Below are positions 14,579 through 25,213 of a stretch of DNA of 64,000 bases, in pieces. The number at the start of each line of letters is the position of its first letter. Position 1 is the stretch's first letter. The DNA is from Candidatus Fermentithermobacillaceae bacterium (GTDB taxonomy: Bacteria; Bacillota; Sulfobacillia; Fermentithermobacillales; Fermentithermobacillaceae). Location: NCBI GenBank assembly GCA_012840345.1, contig DULO01000093.1:1788-65787 (forward strand), given 5' to 3'. Under the pieces are notes generated by a model. The model was not told the origin of the DNA and searched no databases. It was given only the letters and a program-made list of their open reading frames with translations. A program made the translations under genes and the position numbers.

Positions 14579-16402
14579 CTAACTATCACTGTTTTCCCCC
14601 GCGGATTTCAACTCTTTCAGGAGCCTCTGGTATTGAGCCTGAACCGCCGCAAGCATTTCCTGATCCTTCTCCCGTTCAGCCAATGCTATACGGTCGCTCA
14701 GCTCAATCAGGCGAAATTCCCGAATCTTTTTGACGCAATCCCGGAAAATGCGCTCGGGCTGGTCTACCGGACCGAAACGGATGCACAGTTCCGCTACCCA
14801 CGCAAGTACTTCCTCGTCATCGTCGGGTGTGAGCTGACCCTTCTGGAGGCTCATGAACGCTCTCCGACACCCGGGATCCATCAAGTCGTCAACTGTAATA
14901 CGATTCGACATCGAGTCGAGTAATCCTGGTTTTTCGACCAGACAACGAATTACTCCTTCTTCAGCCTTTCGCCTAACCAAAGGGATTTCGCTACCAGGCC
15001 GCCCGGCTCCTACTTTCTGGGAATGGCCCCCGCCCAATCCCTGTTCGGGCTGGTTATCATAACCAGTAGTATTGCTGTTTTCTGACTTTTTATTCTTTGC
15101 GTATCTAACTTTCCGTCTGTACAATTCGACATCCTTGTCCAGCGATTCCTTCCTGACGCCTAAATCCCTGGAAAACTCCTCTGTGTAGGCGGATACCTCG
15201 AACTGGCTCTCCAGGGAGGCCAGGATCGGGACTATGGTGTCCTTCAGTCTCACCTTGTCGTCGATCTTGGAGAGGTCCAGATGGCGCCGGGCCTCCTGGT
15301 AGATAAACTGAATATCGGTGAGCGCCTCTTCCAAACGCTCGACAAATCGCTCGACACCGTTAGCCTTAAGGAACTCATCTGGGTCTTTTGCACCATCATA
15401 TGTCACCACATTGGTTCTGCCGCCGATCTCCCGAAACACATCGATGGTCCTCCGGGCAGCCCTCTTCCCCGCCTCGTCCTGGTCGTACACCAGGTAGACC
15501 CGCTGAGTGAGCAGCATCAAGGTCCGAGCCTGAAGCGGCGTGAGGGCAGTTCCCATACCCGCAACCGTATAATCTATTCCATGCTGGAAGGAAGTGATTA
15601 CATCCATATATCCTTCCACTATGCAGACCCTGTCGTTTGCCCGGATCCCCGGTTTTGCCAGGTTCAGGGCGTATAGCTCCTTCCCCTTGTGAAAGAGCGG
15701 GGTTTCGGGACTATTTAGGTATTTGGCCGGGTCATCCCCGAGAGTACGGCCTCCGAAACCGATCAAAGTCCCGGTGCTGTCCCATATCGGGAACATAATC
15801 CTGTTTCGGAACCGGTCATAGTACCCCCCTCCCTGCCTTTCCACCAGGAGGCCCGCTTTCTGCATATCCCTGGGGTCCAGTCCAGCGCGCCTGGACGAGA
15901 CCGCGAGAGCTTCCCAATCGTCCAGCGCCAGCCCCAGGCCGAATCGCTCGATCGTCTGGTCGGACAGCCCTCGTTTGTGAAGGTAGCTCATGGCGTCCTT
16001 GCCTCTTGACGAAAGCAGGTTCTCCCTAAACCTTGTCTGGGCATATTGAAGGACCGCTTTCAGCCTCTCAATTTCCTTTCGGGCACTGTCCCCGCCGCCT
16101 CTTGGCTGCGTGAGGCGCACCCCGGCCCTTTGGGCGAGAACCTGCAGGGCTTCCTGGAACGTAAGCCCGTCCTTTTTCATCAAGAACGTGAAGACGTTGC
16201 CCCCCGTATTGCAGCCAAAGCAGTAAAACAATTGCTTGTCCGGGTCAACGCTAAAAGAAGGCGTCTTCTCCGAGTGAAACGGACAAAGGCCCACGTAATT
16301 GCGTCCGGCCTTCTTGAGTTTCACGTACTCGGAGATGACCGCCACAATATCTGTTTTCGCGCGGACTTCTTCCGCCTGGTCTCCGTAATAGCCTCGCTGC
16401 AT
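14579..16402 (-). CDS. dnaG: DNA primase
   Basis: It has the zinc ribbon (CPFHSEKTPSFSV...FYCFGC) and the TOPRIM core. The start was trimmed to MQRGYY; the upstream 34-aa extension in the ORF track was judged spurious. Confidence 0.9.
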   Translation of the reverse strand: MQRGYYGDQAEEVRAKTDIVAVISEYVKLKKAGRNYVGLCPFHSEKTPSFSVDPDKQLFYCFGCNTGGNVFTFLMKKDGLTFQEALQVLAQRAGVRLTQPRGGGDSARKEIERLKAVLQYAQTRFRENLLSSRGKDAMSYLHKRGLSDQTIERFGLGLALDDWEALAVSSRRAGLDPRDMQKAGLLVERQGGGYYDRFRNRIMFPIWDSTGTLIGFGGRTLGDDPAKYLNSPETPLFHKGKELYALNLAKPGIRANDRVCIVEGYMDVITSFQHGIDYTVAGMGTALTPLQARTLMLLTQRVYLVYDQDEAGKRAARRTIDVFREIGGRTNVVTYDGAKDPDEFLKANGVERFVERLEEALTDIQFIYQEARRHLDLSKIDDKVRLKDTIVPILASLESQFEVSAYTEEFSRDLGVRKESLDKDVELYRRKVRYAKNKKSENSNTTGYDNQPEQGLGGGHSQKVGAGRPGSEIPLVRRKAEEGVIRCLVEKPGLLDSMSNRITVDDLMDPGCRRAFMSLQKGQLTPDDDEEVLAWVAELCIRFGPVDQPERIFRDCVKKIREFRLIELSDRIALAEREKDQEMLAAVQAQYQRLLKELKSAGENSDS

Positions 16403-16485
16403 CCTGCTAGATCCACCTTCTATGGTTGACGACGCGCCCCGACCGTGTGATGGGCCGGCGGCTCGATGGCCGGACGGGCCCAATG

Positions 16486-17511
16486 CTAGCTCCCGAACCT
16501 CCACGTATTCGGCACAAACGCGGCCCTGTACTGGGCTATGGCGAAGCGGTCGGTCATGCCGGCCACGTAGTCCCTGGCGCGGTCCTCTACGGGATCGCTA
16601 TCGGCCGGTCCAGAAGGAATCAACGACGGCTCGCGGCAGTAGAGACGGTACAGGGCCTCTACCACGCCTTTCGCCTTGTCCTCTTCCCTCTTGGCCAAGG
16701 AACTGATGTAAACCCGCTCAAACAAGAAGTTGCGGAGCTCGTTCATTGCCTCCAAACACTCTTTGCCGAACGTGACCTCGGGTTTTCCGTAACTGTGGGT
16801 GAGGACATCCATCACCAAAGTGTTCACCCTGGCTCCGTGAGTCTTACCCAGCACGGCTATAGCATCCTTGGGGAGGTCCTCCTGGCCTATGACCTGTCCC
16901 CTTATGGCGTCGTCTATGTCATGGTTCACGTAAGCGATACGGTCGCTTAGCTGGACACACTTTCCCTCCAAAGTTCCAGGTGTGTTCTTCCACGGATGGT
17001 TCAAGATCCCGTCCCTGACTTCCCAGGTCAGGTTCAGTCCTCCTTGCTCCAGGATGTCGACCACCCGGAGGGACTGGGCCTCATGGGTGAACCCGCCGGG
17101 GTGAACCCTGTTCAGCACCTCTTCCCCCGCATGCCCGAAAGGAGTGTGCCCCAGGTCGTGGCCCAAAGCAATGGCTTCGGTAAGGTCCTCGTTCAACCTT
17201 AGCCCCCTGGCTATCGTTCTGGCGATTTGGCAGACCTCCAACGTGTGAGTGAGCCGGGTCCGGAAATGGTCAGCTTCCGGCGCCAGGAAAACCTGGGTCT
17301 TGTCCTTCAGCCTCCTAAACGCCTTGGAGTGGACTATTCGATCCCTGTCTCTCTGAAAGACGGTTCTGACGGGACAAGGTTCCTCGTCCCTCTGGCGACC
17401 TTTGGACTTTGACGAGAGGGTCGCGTAAGGCGATAAGGTAAGCTCCTCGATTTCTTCGGTTCTCAGGCGAACGCAGTTAGAAGAAGTCATAGCACACCAC
17501 CTAAACCCCAT
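16486..17511 (-). CDS. dgt: dGTP triphosphohydrolase-like HD-domain protein
   Basis: 341 aa with the HD motif (RLTHTLEV...LGHDLGHTPFGH). It sits upstream of dnaG-rpoD, the conserved dgt-dnaG-sigA arrangement. Confidence 0.85.
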   Translation of the reverse strand: MGFRWCAMTSSNCVRLRTEEIEELTLSPYATLSSKSKGRQRDEEPCPVRTVFQRDRDRIVHSKAFRRLKDKTQVFLAPEADHFRTRLTHTLEVCQIARTIARGLRLNEDLTEAIALGHDLGHTPFGHAGEEVLNRVHPGGFTHEAQSLRVVDILEQGGLNLTWEVRDGILNHPWKNTPGTLEGKCVQLSDRIAYVNHDIDDAIRGQVIGQEDLPKDAIAVLGKTHGARVNTLVMDVLTHSYGKPEVTFGKECLEAMNELRNFLFERVYISSLAKREEDKAKGVVEALYRLYCREPSLIPSGPADSDPVEDRARDYVAGMTDRFAIAQYRAAFVPNTWRFGS

Positions 17512-17596
17512 GAACTTCTACGCCGGCTGAAGCTTTTGGTCTGCCGGTATTCCCGAGACCCGCTGAGCCGGCCCGATGCCTGCCGGGAAAAGGGCG

Positions 17597-17710
17597 GCCC
17601 GAGCGACTGCTAAGATGCTGCCTCGAAACCGTTCTGACACTGCCGAAAACGGTGCCCGAGCAACTGCTTAGACGCTGCCTCGAAACCGCCCTGACACTGC
17701 CGAAAACGCT
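17597..17710. repeat. two tandem copies of a 57-bp direct repeat in the dgt-dnaG-rpoD upstream region
   Basis: GCCCGAGCGACTGCTAAGATGCTGCCTCGAAACCGTTCTGACACTGCCGAAAACGGT is followed by GCCCGAGCAACTGCTTAGACGCTGCCTCGAAACCGCCCTGACACTGCCGAAAACGCT. A degenerate third copy lies upstream. Confidence 0.85.
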
Positions 17711-17711
17711 G

Positions 17712-17760
17712 CCCAACCAAAACCAAGGGAGGCTCCACTATGACTACTTCGGAGCCTCCC
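17712..17760 (-). terminator. rho-independent terminator of ppdK
   Basis: A 10-bp perfect stem (GGGAGGCTCC...GGAGCCTCCC) is followed on the minus strand by TTGGTTTTGGTTGGG. Confidence 0.65.
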
Positions 17761-17794
17761 GGAAGTCCTCTATGCTACTGTCTCAATATCAGCC

Positions 17795-20512
17795 TTATTT
17801 CTTCAACGCGGCGTGAGCAGCGGCAAGCCTAGCCACGGGCACCCTGAAGGGCGAGCACGACACGTAGTTCAAGCCTACCTCATGGCAGAACTCTACCGAT
17901 TCGGGGTCGCCGCCGTGCTCACCGCAGATACCGATGACCAGTTCGGGCCTGGTCTTGCGGCCGAGCTCAACGGCCATCCGCATCAGCTTGCCGACACCCT
18001 TCCGGTCGATGACCGCGAACGGGTTCTCCTTGATGATCTTCTCTTCCAGATACCTGTGGAGGAACTTGCCCTCGGCGTCGTCCCGGCTGTAGCCGTAGGT
18101 CATCTGGGTAAGGTCGTTGGTCCCGAAGGAGAAGAACTGGGCGTGCTCGGCGATCTCGTCGGCCGTCAGAGCGGCTCTCGGGATCTCGATCATGGTGCCG
18201 ACCACCACGGGGAAGTCCACGCCGGTCTGTTCTTTGACTTCTTCGGCTACCTTCACGACCATCTTGCGAGTGAGCTCCAACTCGGCGGCCTCGCCCACCA
18301 AGGGGATCATGACCTCGGGCATTGCGTCGGTAACGCCGTCCTTAAACAGCTGGGCAGTGGCCTGGAATATCGCCCTGGCCTGCATCTCGTAAATTTCGGG
18401 CCAGAGGATGCCCAAGCGGCAGCCGCGAAGCCCCATCATCGGGTTGGCTTCATGGAGGTTGCGGGCTTGGCGCAGGAGTTCCTCTTCGTGGGCGATCTCC
18501 TCAGCGGGCGCGTTCTCTGACCTCATCTTGATCAACTTGACGACCAGTTCCTCGGTGGCGGGGAGGAACTCGTGAAGCGGCGGGTCAAGCAGACGGATGG
18601 TGACCGGGTAACCCCGCATGGCCTTCAGAATGTGATAGAAGTCGTCCTGCTGCATGGGCAGGAGTTTATCGAGAGCGGCGCGCCTTTCGGCTTCGTTCTC
18701 GGCCATAATCATCTCTTGCACTACCGGAAGCCTGTCGGCAGCCATGAACATATGCTCGGTCCTGCAGAGGCCGATGCCCTCGGCTCCGAGTTCTCTCGCC
18801 TTCTCCGCGTCGCGAGGAGTATCGGCGTTCGCCTTGACGCCCAAAACGCGGATTTCGTCGGCCCAGTCAAGGATCTGCTTGAACGCGTCTCCCAGGTCGG
18901 GCTCTACGAGCCGCACTTCGCCGAGGTAGACGTTTCCGGTGGCGCCGTCTATGGATACCCAGTCGCCTTCCTTGAGCTGGACCTTGCCGAATCTAGCGAT
19001 CTTCTTGGACATATCCAGCTGCATGGCCTCGCAGCCAACAATAGCCGGCTTGCCCATGCCGCGGGCGACAACCGCCGCGTGGCAGGTCATGCCGCCGCGA
19101 GACGTGAGGATTCCCTGGGAATACACGATTCCGGGCATATCGTCGGGCTTGGTCTCGGGCCTGACCAAAATGACCTTCTGGCCTTTCTGCCCAAGCTCTT
19201 CGGCGACGTCTGAGTCGAAGACCAGAGTTCCGACGGCCGCGCCGGGCGACGCGGGAAGTCCCTTAGCCAGAAGTTCGTTCTTGGCGTTCGGGTCGATGCC
19301 CCTGTGCAGGAGCCTGGCCACTTCCTCGGGCTTGACTCTCTTGACGGCCTCTTCTTTGGTGATGACTCCCTCATTGACGAACTGCCTGGCGATCTCCATC
19401 GACGCCAAAGCGGTCCTCTTGCCGGTCCTGGTCTGGAGCAGGTAGAGCTTCTTGTGCTCTATGGTGAACTCGATGTCCTGCATGTCCCTGTAATGGCTTT
19501 CGAGGGTCTTGGCGACCTGCTGCAGCTGCTCGTACGTCTCAGGCAGCTCGTTGGCCATCTCGGCGATGGGTTTGGGAGTGCGGATACCGGCGACCACGTC
19601 TTCACCCTGGGCGTTCATGAGGTACTCGCCGTACAGAACCTTTTCCCCGGTCGACGGGTTGCGGGTAAACATAACGCCGGTGCCCGAATCGGGACCCATG
19701 TTGCCGAACACCATCATCTGGACATTTACCGCGGTGCCGAGGTCATCGGGGATCTTGTTTATCTTCCGGTAAAGGATGGCGCGTTCATTGTTCCACGAAC
19801 GGAATACGGCCAGTACGGCCATATACAGCTGTTCCATTGGATCTTCGGGGAAGGGCTTTCCGGCCTTCTCCTGTACGATCCGGCGGTATCCCTCGATTAC
19901 CTTTTTCAAGCCCTCGGGGGAGATCTCGTGGTCATACTTGGCTCCCTCGGCCTCTCTCACAGCCGACAGGACGTGCTCGAACTCATCGTGATCGATTTCC
20001 AACACAACGTTGCCGAACATCTGGATGAAACGCCTGTGGCAGTCAAGAGCGAACCTCATGTCGCCCGTGGCGTCGTAGAGGCCCATTACGCTTTGGTCGT
20101 TTAGGCCGAGGTTTAGGATCGTATCCATCATACCGGGCATGCTGATAGGAGCACCCGACCTGACAGAGACCAAAAGCGGGTTCTTTCTGCCACCGAAAGT
20201 CTTGCCGGTCTCCTTCTCAAACTCCCTGATGTGGCGCTCGATGTCCTCTTCGAGGCCGTCGGGCATCTTCTGCCCCAGTTTGTAGTAGGAGATGCACGCT
20301 TCGGTGGTAATGGTGAATCCCTGCGGCACCGGCAACCCTATTCGGGTCATCTCGCTCAGGCCGGCTCCCTTGCCACCGAGAATGTTTCTCATGCTTTCGG
20401 ATCCTTCTCTGAACCAGTAGACCAGCTTGGTTCCCACGCTTTCGCCCCCTATGTAAGAATTCATGCCGAGAAAACCATTGTCAGTAAACCCACAATACTC
20501 GACACCTTCCAT
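17795..20512 (-). CDS. ppdK: pyruvate, phosphate dikinase
   Basis: 905 aa. The PEP-utilizer His domain (GGMTCHAAVVARGMGKPAIVG) and the N-terminal KLVYWFREGSESMRNILGGKG are present. The start could alternatively be 20464 (MNSY). Confidence 0.95.
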   Translation of the reverse strand: MEGVEYCGFTDNGFLGMNSYIGGESVGTKLVYWFREGSESMRNILGGKGAGLSEMTRIGLPVPQGFTITTEACISYYKLGQKMPDGLEEDIERHIREFEKETGKTFGGRKNPLLVSVRSGAPISMPGMMDTILNLGLNDQSVMGLYDATGDMRFALDCHRRFIQMFGNVVLEIDHDEFEHVLSAVREAEGAKYDHEISPEGLKKVIEGYRRIVQEKAGKPFPEDPMEQLYMAVLAVFRSWNNERAILYRKINKIPDDLGTAVNVQMMVFGNMGPDSGTGVMFTRNPSTGEKVLYGEYLMNAQGEDVVAGIRTPKPIAEMANELPETYEQLQQVAKTLESHYRDMQDIEFTIEHKKLYLLQTRTGKRTALASMEIARQFVNEGVITKEEAVKRVKPEEVARLLHRGIDPNAKNELLAKGLPASPGAAVGTLVFDSDVAEELGQKGQKVILVRPETKPDDMPGIVYSQGILTSRGGMTCHAAVVARGMGKPAIVGCEAMQLDMSKKIARFGKVQLKEGDWVSIDGATGNVYLGEVRLVEPDLGDAFKQILDWADEIRVLGVKANADTPRDAEKARELGAEGIGLCRTEHMFMAADRLPVVQEMIMAENEAERRAALDKLLPMQQDDFYHILKAMRGYPVTIRLLDPPLHEFLPATEELVVKLIKMRSENAPAEEIAHEEELLRQARNLHEANPMMGLRGCRLGILWPEIYEMQARAIFQATAQLFKDGVTDAMPEVMIPLVGEAAELELTRKMVVKVAEEVKEQTGVDFPVVVGTMIEIPRAALTADEIAEHAQFFSFGTNDLTQMTYGYSRDDAEGKFLHRYLEEKIIKENPFAVIDRKGVGKLMRMAVELGRKTRPELVIGICGEHGGDPESVEFCHEVGLNYVSCSPFRVPVARLAAAHAALKK

Positions 20513-20565
20513 ATTCTAACCACAACGCAAGACCCGTTCAACAGAGACGTTACGGGCTCACGCGG

Positions 20566-22647
20566 CTAAACTAGTGAAAGGACGTGTGAGAAATCCGCGA
20601 ACCGGGTGTATAGATCGGACACGGTCCCTAAGAGCGCCAGACGGTTGGCTTTCACCGCGGGGTCTTCCGCCATGATCAGCACTTTGTCCAAACACTCGTC
20701 AACGTGCGGACGCAGTCCGGCCAAGAGCGCGAGGTATTCGCCGTACCGTTTTTCTTCAAACAACAGGTTGGCTTGTTCCAAACGCTCCGTAACGGCCTTG
20801 TACAGGTTCTTTTCCGGCTCTTCCTTCAGAAGGTCTTCCGACACCTGCCTGGAAGCCGAGGCCTTTCCTAACACGCTGGTTCTCCTCCAGCCGGTAACCG
20901 CGTCCGCCAGCTCGGGACGCTTTGAGAACTCGGACAGGGCTTCGGTCATGAGCGGGATCCGGGTCAACCTCTGTTCTTTGCCGCCGAGGACCGCCCTCAC
21001 GACGCCTGCCGCGTAACCCTTCTCCAGAAGTCCGATCTCGAGACGTCCCAAGAGGAAGGCCCTAAGTTTCTCCCGGGCGTCCGCCGCGGGCTTCGAGACC
21101 ACCTGCGAGGCCAGCTTCAGAGGGGTATCCAGGAGCTTGTCGAGGTCCACGTCGTACCCGTGGCCCAGGATGATGTTGATGACCCCCAAAGCCGCGCGCC
21201 TGAGCCCCAACGGGTCTTGTGAGCCTGAGACCTCCACACCCAGGGAAAACGCCACCGCCAGGGTATCCAGCTTGTCGCACAGCGCGGTAACCGAGCATAC
21301 TCCCTTGTATGGGATGGGGTCTTCGGCGCCCCTCGGCAAGTACTGCTGGGTGAGGGCACGGGCGACTTCCTCATGCAAGCCGTCGTTGGCCGCGTAGACG
21401 CCTCCCATTATCCCCTCAAGCTCCGGGAACTCCCTGACCAGGGCCGTAGTGAGGTCGCACTTGGCCAATGTGGCCGCCAAGACGCTCCGCTCAGTTTCTT
21501 CGGACGAAAGCTCAAGGTATGAGGCTAACTCTTTGGCCAGTTCGGCCATGCGCAGCGTCTTTTCGTACATGGTTCCCGCGTCGCGCAGGAAACGCACGCC
21601 CTTTAGGTCATCAAGGCGGTCTTTGAGCGGAGTCTTGATGTCCTGGTTGTAGAAGAACTCGGCGTCTTCCAGGCGCGCCCTGAGCACCCACTCGTTGCCC
21701 TTCCGGACAATATCGATGCTCTCGTCAGGGTCTCCGTCCCGGACTCCGACGAAGCCGGGGAGCACTTTGCCGTCCTCGTTCACCACGGGGAAGTAGCGCT
21801 GGTGATGCCTCATAGCCGTGAGCAGGACATCCTTCGGAAGGGACAAGTACTTGTCGTCAAACTTGCCCAAGAAGGGCGAAGGATGCTCGGAGATACAGAC
21901 GACCTCGGACAGCAGGTCCTCATCGATGAGCGGTACCCCGCCGATGTCCTTTGCCCACCATTCGGCTCCCATGGTGATTTGCTTTCTCCTGAGGTCCTGG
22001 TCCACCATAACAGAACAATCGGCCATGACCTGGAAGTACGATTCGGCGTCGGGTATGTCGGCTTGGCCCGGATGCAGGGTCCTGTGGCCGTAAGTGCTCC
22101 TCCCCGCGGTAATCCCCGCGATCTCGACGGGCACCACTTCATCCCCGTACAGACAGACGACCCAGCGGATGGCCCTGTACCAGCGGTAGTCCCGGTCTCC
22201 CCACCTGAGAGGATACGGGCACTCCATGCCCATCACTACGTCCGGAAGCGCTTTCTTCAAAATCTCGGGCGCCGGGAGGCCTTTTTCAAACTTCACACCG
22301 TAGACGTACTCGCCGCCGTTTTCATTTTCCACTGTCACAGACGACGGATCGACTCCGATGGACTTGGCGAAACCCAGAAGCGCTTTGGTGGGATTGCCGT
22401 CCTGGTCATACGCCACTTTCTTGGAGGGTCCCCTTACTTTGCGGCTCACGTCGTCTCCCGCCTCGGCCAAGCCTTCCACGTACAGGCACAGCCGGCGTGG
22501 AGTCCCGAACACGGCTACGCTTCCATAACCCAACCTGGCGTTTTGAAACGCCGCCTCCGCCCTGCTCTTCAACTGCACAAACGCCGACGGCAAATACCTG
22601 GCGGGGATCTCGTCAGAGCCGATTTCCAAAAGCAAAGTCCTAGGCAT
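20566..22647 (-). CDS. glyS: glycyl-tRNA synthetase beta subunit
   Basis: 693 aa with a GlyS N-terminus ([20 protein letters not shown]). It overlaps the glyQ stop. Confidence 0.95.
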   Translation of the reverse strand: MPRTLLLEIGSDEIPARYLPSAFVQLKSRAEAAFQNARLGYGSVAVFGTPRRLCLYVEGLAEAGDDVSRKVRGPSKKVAYDQDGNPTKALLGFAKSIGVDPSSVTVENENGGEYVYGVKFEKGLPAPEILKKALPDVVMGMECPYPLRWGDRDYRWYRAIRWVVCLYGDEVVPVEIAGITAGRSTYGHRTLHPGQADIPDAESYFQVMADCSVMVDQDLRRKQITMGAEWWAKDIGGVPLIDEDLLSEVVCISEHPSPFLGKFDDKYLSLPKDVLLTAMRHHQRYFPVVNEDGKVLPGFVGVRDGDPDESIDIVRKGNEWVLRARLEDAEFFYNQDIKTPLKDRLDDLKGVRFLRDAGTMYEKTLRMAELAKELASYLELSSEETERSVLAATLAKCDLTTALVREFPELEGIMGGVYAANDGLHEEVARALTQQYLPRGAEDPIPYKGVCSVTALCDKLDTLAVAFSLGVEVSGSQDPLGLRRAALGVINIILGHGYDVDLDKLLDTPLKLASQVVSKPAADAREKLRAFLLGRLEIGLLEKGYAAGVVRAVLGGKEQRLTRIPLMTEALSEFSKRPELADAVTGWRRTSVLGKASASRQVSEDLLKEEPEKNLYKAVTERLEQANLLFEEKRYGEYLALLAGLRPHVDECLDKVLIMAEDPAVKANRLALLGTVSDLYTRFADFSHVLSLV

Positions 22648-23509
22648 CCTTTTTCGCCTCCAAACTGGCCACGTACTTCTTGGCGCACTCCCTGGTCAAC
22701 GCCCGGATCCTGGCGATATGGGTTTGCCTATCGGCTACTGACAAGACTCCTCTGGCGTCAAGCATGTTGAAAACGTGGGAGCACTTCAGGGCGTGATCGT
22801 AGGCCGGGTAGAACAGGCCCAACTCCAAGAGCCTCTTGCACTCCTTCTCGTGCTGTTCAAAGCTCTGGCGCAGCATGGATACGTCGGCTATCTCAAAGCC
22901 GTACTTCGAGTTCTGCTTCTCCTGCTCTAGGAAAAGGTCCCTGTAGGTTAGGCCCGGCGCCACCTTGACGTCCCAGACATTGTCCAGGCCCTGTATGTAG
23001 GCGGCGATCCTCTCAAGGCCGTAGGTTATCTCCACCGAGATCGGCCTGACCTCCATTCCCCCGACTTCCTGGAAGAAGGTGAACTGGGTGATCTCGTTGC
23101 CGTCCAGCCAGACTTCCCATCCTAGCCCGTAAGCGCCCAAAGTGGGGGATTCCCAGTTATCCTCGACGAACCTGATGTCGTGGTCCGTGCGTTTGATTCC
23201 CAGAGCCTCCAGGGAACTTATATACATCTCCACCACCATGTCAGGCGGCGGCTTCATGATCACTTGAAACTGGAAGTAGTGGCCCATCCTGTACGGGTTG
23301 TCCCCGTAACGGGCATCGGCCGGCCTCCTGCAAGGCTCGATATAGGCCATGTTCCAAGGCTCTTCGCCCAGCACCCTGAAGAAGGTAAACGGGTTCATAG
23401 TGCCAGCGCCTTTCTCGATATCGTAGGGCTGGCCTATGTGGCATCCCTTATCTGCCCAGAAGTCTTGGAGTTTGCGAACTATGTCGCGGAAATAGAGGGG
23501 TTCTGTCAC
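22640..23509 (-). CDS. glyQ: glycyl-tRNA synthetase alpha subunit
   Basis: 289 aa with [10 protein letters not shown]...[17 protein letters not shown] start. Confidence 0.95.
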   Translation of the reverse strand: MTEPLYFRDIVRKLQDFWADKGCHIGQPYDIEKGAGTMNPFTFFRVLGEEPWNMAYIEPCRRPADARYGDNPYRMGHYFQFQVIMKPPPDMVVEMYISSLEALGIKRTDHDIRFVEDNWESPTLGAYGLGWEVWLDGNEITQFTFFQEVGGMEVRPISVEITYGLERIAAYIQGLDNVWDVKVAPGLTYRDLFLEQEKQNSKYGFEIADVSMLRQSFEQHEKECKRLLELGLFYPAYDHALKCSHVFNMLDARGVLSVADRQTHIARIRALTRECAKKYVASLEAKKDA

Positions 23510-23536
23510 GGTGATGACTCCTTCCCGGCCCAGGTC

Positions 23537-23821
23537 TCACTCGCGAGGAGGACGAACAACCTCGATGCTCCAGGGGCCGGCCAGAAAAACCATGGCTACC
23601 ATCAGGGCGAACCAAGGGGCGATGATTCCGGCTAAAAGGCCGGTAGTCACCGGGAACTCGGCCAAGACGCTGCGCCCCTCTCTCACCACTATGCGGCTCC
23701 TGTTACCTCGCCTTATCAAGCAGGCCATAAACCTGAGAAAACTCTCCGGCCCGCCTTCGACTCGGGTCTCCTTGCGTATCACGTTCTTTTTCTCTACCGG
23801 TAATACCATATCCTTCATCAC
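23537..23821 (-). CDS. hypothetical small protein with a C-terminal TM helix (uncertain)
   Basis: 94-aa ORF with a hydrophobic C-terminus (TGLLAGIIAPWFALMVAMVFLAGPW). I recognise no family. It might instead be non-coding leader sequence of glyQS. Confidence 0.3.
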   Translation of the reverse strand: MMKDMVLPVEKKNVIRKETRVEGGPESFLRFMACLIRRGNRSRIVVREGRSVLAEFPVTTGLLAGIIAPWFALMVAMVFLAGPWSIEVVRPPRE

Positions 23822-24675
23822 TCCCTGTGAGGGCTTACCAGTATACTGCCCACAAGGAGGGATGACTTAAGCCTCTTGCCCAGCGCGTGATCCACGCATT
23901 GCTGCAGTACGTCGTTGACCTCTTGTCTCACCTGTCCTTTGGCGGTGAGGTTGGGACACTGGTTTCCGGAATCTCTCAGGATCTCCAGGGTTTTCAGAGT
24001 CCCGGGGGACACCGGAATCGCACGGACGGTTTGCTCTCCCAAGGCCAGGTTTCCGGCCTGGACTCCTGCCCAGTCTGCCGCATCTTTGGCCTGACCGCAC
24101 TTGCCGCACACGGCCCCCCCGGCTTCTGCCGAGAAGTAGGCGGGCTGTACGATTTCCCCGCCGCACAGGGCGCACTCGTCGAAAGAAGGCAGCAGACCGG
24201 CTCTCAAGAGCAATCCGACTTCGGTCCACTTGACCACTACCCACGGGTCCTCCCGTTGTTCCAGATGATCCAAGACCGAGGAGAAAAACCAGAACTGCTC
24301 CCTGTTTTGCTGCTTTTCGGGGGAAAGCTCGGCCACCAACTCGGAAACGTAAGAGGCGCACACGACCTTGGCGTAGTCGGAGAGGATCCCGGGATGGGAT
24401 GTCTTCAAGGATACCTGTATCACCCTGTCGAGCGATTTGCCCCTGCTCAGCTGGAAGGAGGCGCGGGTAAAAGGCTGGGTAACGGCAGAAAGGCGGCTTT
24501 TGGGCTTGCGGGCCCCTTTGACAACCGCCCTGACCAGGCCCTCTTCAGGGGACAGGAGCGTGATGATCTTGTCGTTCTCCCCCAAGGGCGTCTGGGACAG
24601 TACAATGCCTTCCGTCTGGTACAAAGACACGTTACTCGGCTCCTCCCCCGTTGGCTCCGCCGCCTTCGGCTCCAC
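23818..24675 (-). CDS. recO: DNA repair protein RecO
   Basis: It has the OB-fold N-terminus (EGIVLSQTPLGENDKIITLLSPEEGLVRAVVKGARKPKSRL) and a C4 zinc motif (CALCG...CGKCG). The true start is probably a few codons inside the ORF. Confidence 0.85.
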   Translation of the reverse strand: MEPKAAEPTGEEPSNVSLYQTEGIVLSQTPLGENDKIITLLSPEEGLVRAVVKGARKPKSRLSAVTQPFTRASFQLSRGKSLDRVIQVSLKTSHPGILSDYAKVVCASYVSELVAELSPEKQQNREQFWFFSSVLDHLEQREDPWVVVKWTEVGLLLRAGLLPSFDECALCGGEIVQPAYFSAEAGGAVCGKCGQAKDAADWAGVQAGNLALGEQTVRAIPVSPGTLKTLEILRDSGNQCPNLTAKGQVRQEVNDVLQQCVDHALGKRLKSSLLVGSILVSPHRE

Positions 24676-25213
24676 CCATTCGCTTCTTCCTCGCCCTGTC
24701 CACCGCCGCGGGATGGGTGAGCCCGGCCAGCGCCGGTACGACCACGAACACGGAGTAAACGGTGAACCAGCCTATCCTGCTGTCAAGGAAGGACGACAAC
24801 CGCGCGGGCAAGTCCATTAAGGCGGGATAGAACGCGATTATGCCTATGAGTACGGCGAACATGGATGTGAGGAGTACTCCCGCCGCCGCTACGTCCTTGG
24901 TGACCTTGGCCAGTTCCGAATACTCGGGTTCCATCAGGTCCGTCAAGGATTCGGTAACTGTGTTGACCACCTCTGAAACCAAGACAGCGGCTATAGCCAA
25001 CGAGACCATGAGGACCTCCACCCGTCCCACTCCCAGCACCAGGCACGCCGCCCCGACAAGGGTGGCGAAAAGCGTATGAAGCCTCATGTTTCGCTGAGTC
25101 TTGTAGACGTGAAGGAGGCCGTCCCAGGCGTGGCTGAAACTGCGTCTGATAGCTTCCAGCGTTCCTCTTATTCCTTCTCGAAGGCCCGCAGGATTCTTGC
25201 CTGCTTCTCCCAC
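24632..25213 (-). CDS. dgkA: diacylglycerol kinase / undecaprenol kinase (DgkA family)
   Basis: Three TM helices with the conserved RNMRLH and SEVVNTVTE motifs. It follows ybeY as in B. subtilis. The C-terminal Gly-rich tail overlaps recO. Confidence 0.8.
   Translation of the reverse strand: MGEAGKNPAGLREGIRGTLEAIRRSFSHAWDGLLHVYKTQRNMRLHTLFATLVGAACLVLGVGRVEVLMVSLAIAAVLVSEVVNTVTESLTDLMEPEYSELAKVTKDVAAAGVLLTSMFAVLIGIIAFYPALMDLPARLSSFLDSRIGWFTVYSVFVVVPALAGLTHPAAVDRARKKRMGGAEGGGANGGGAE

Noticed and set aside
14579-16504. Long N-terminal extensions on dnaG, livG, livF, ybeY, yqfC, rpsU, eno and the polysaccharide deacetylase in the ORF track
   Set aside because: Alignment to the conserved family N-termini places the real starts at internal ATG, GTG or TTG codons with ribosome-binding sites. 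The extensions are upstream in-frame read-through typical of high-GC DNA.
17501-17716. 71-aa minus-strand ORF (MGSVFGSVRAVSRQ... repeated)
   Set aside because: The protein-level repeat simply mirrors the 57-bp DNA tandem repeat. It has no ribosome-binding site, lies in a promoter and terminator region, and was judged non-coding.
23510-23830. Expected T-box riboswitch upstream of glyQS
   Set aside because: No GGGTGGTACCGCG-like T-box sequence or convincing specifier/antiterminator architecture was found by eye. Only a weak CGGTGACTACCGG was seen. This is kept as a finding to check with a covariance model.
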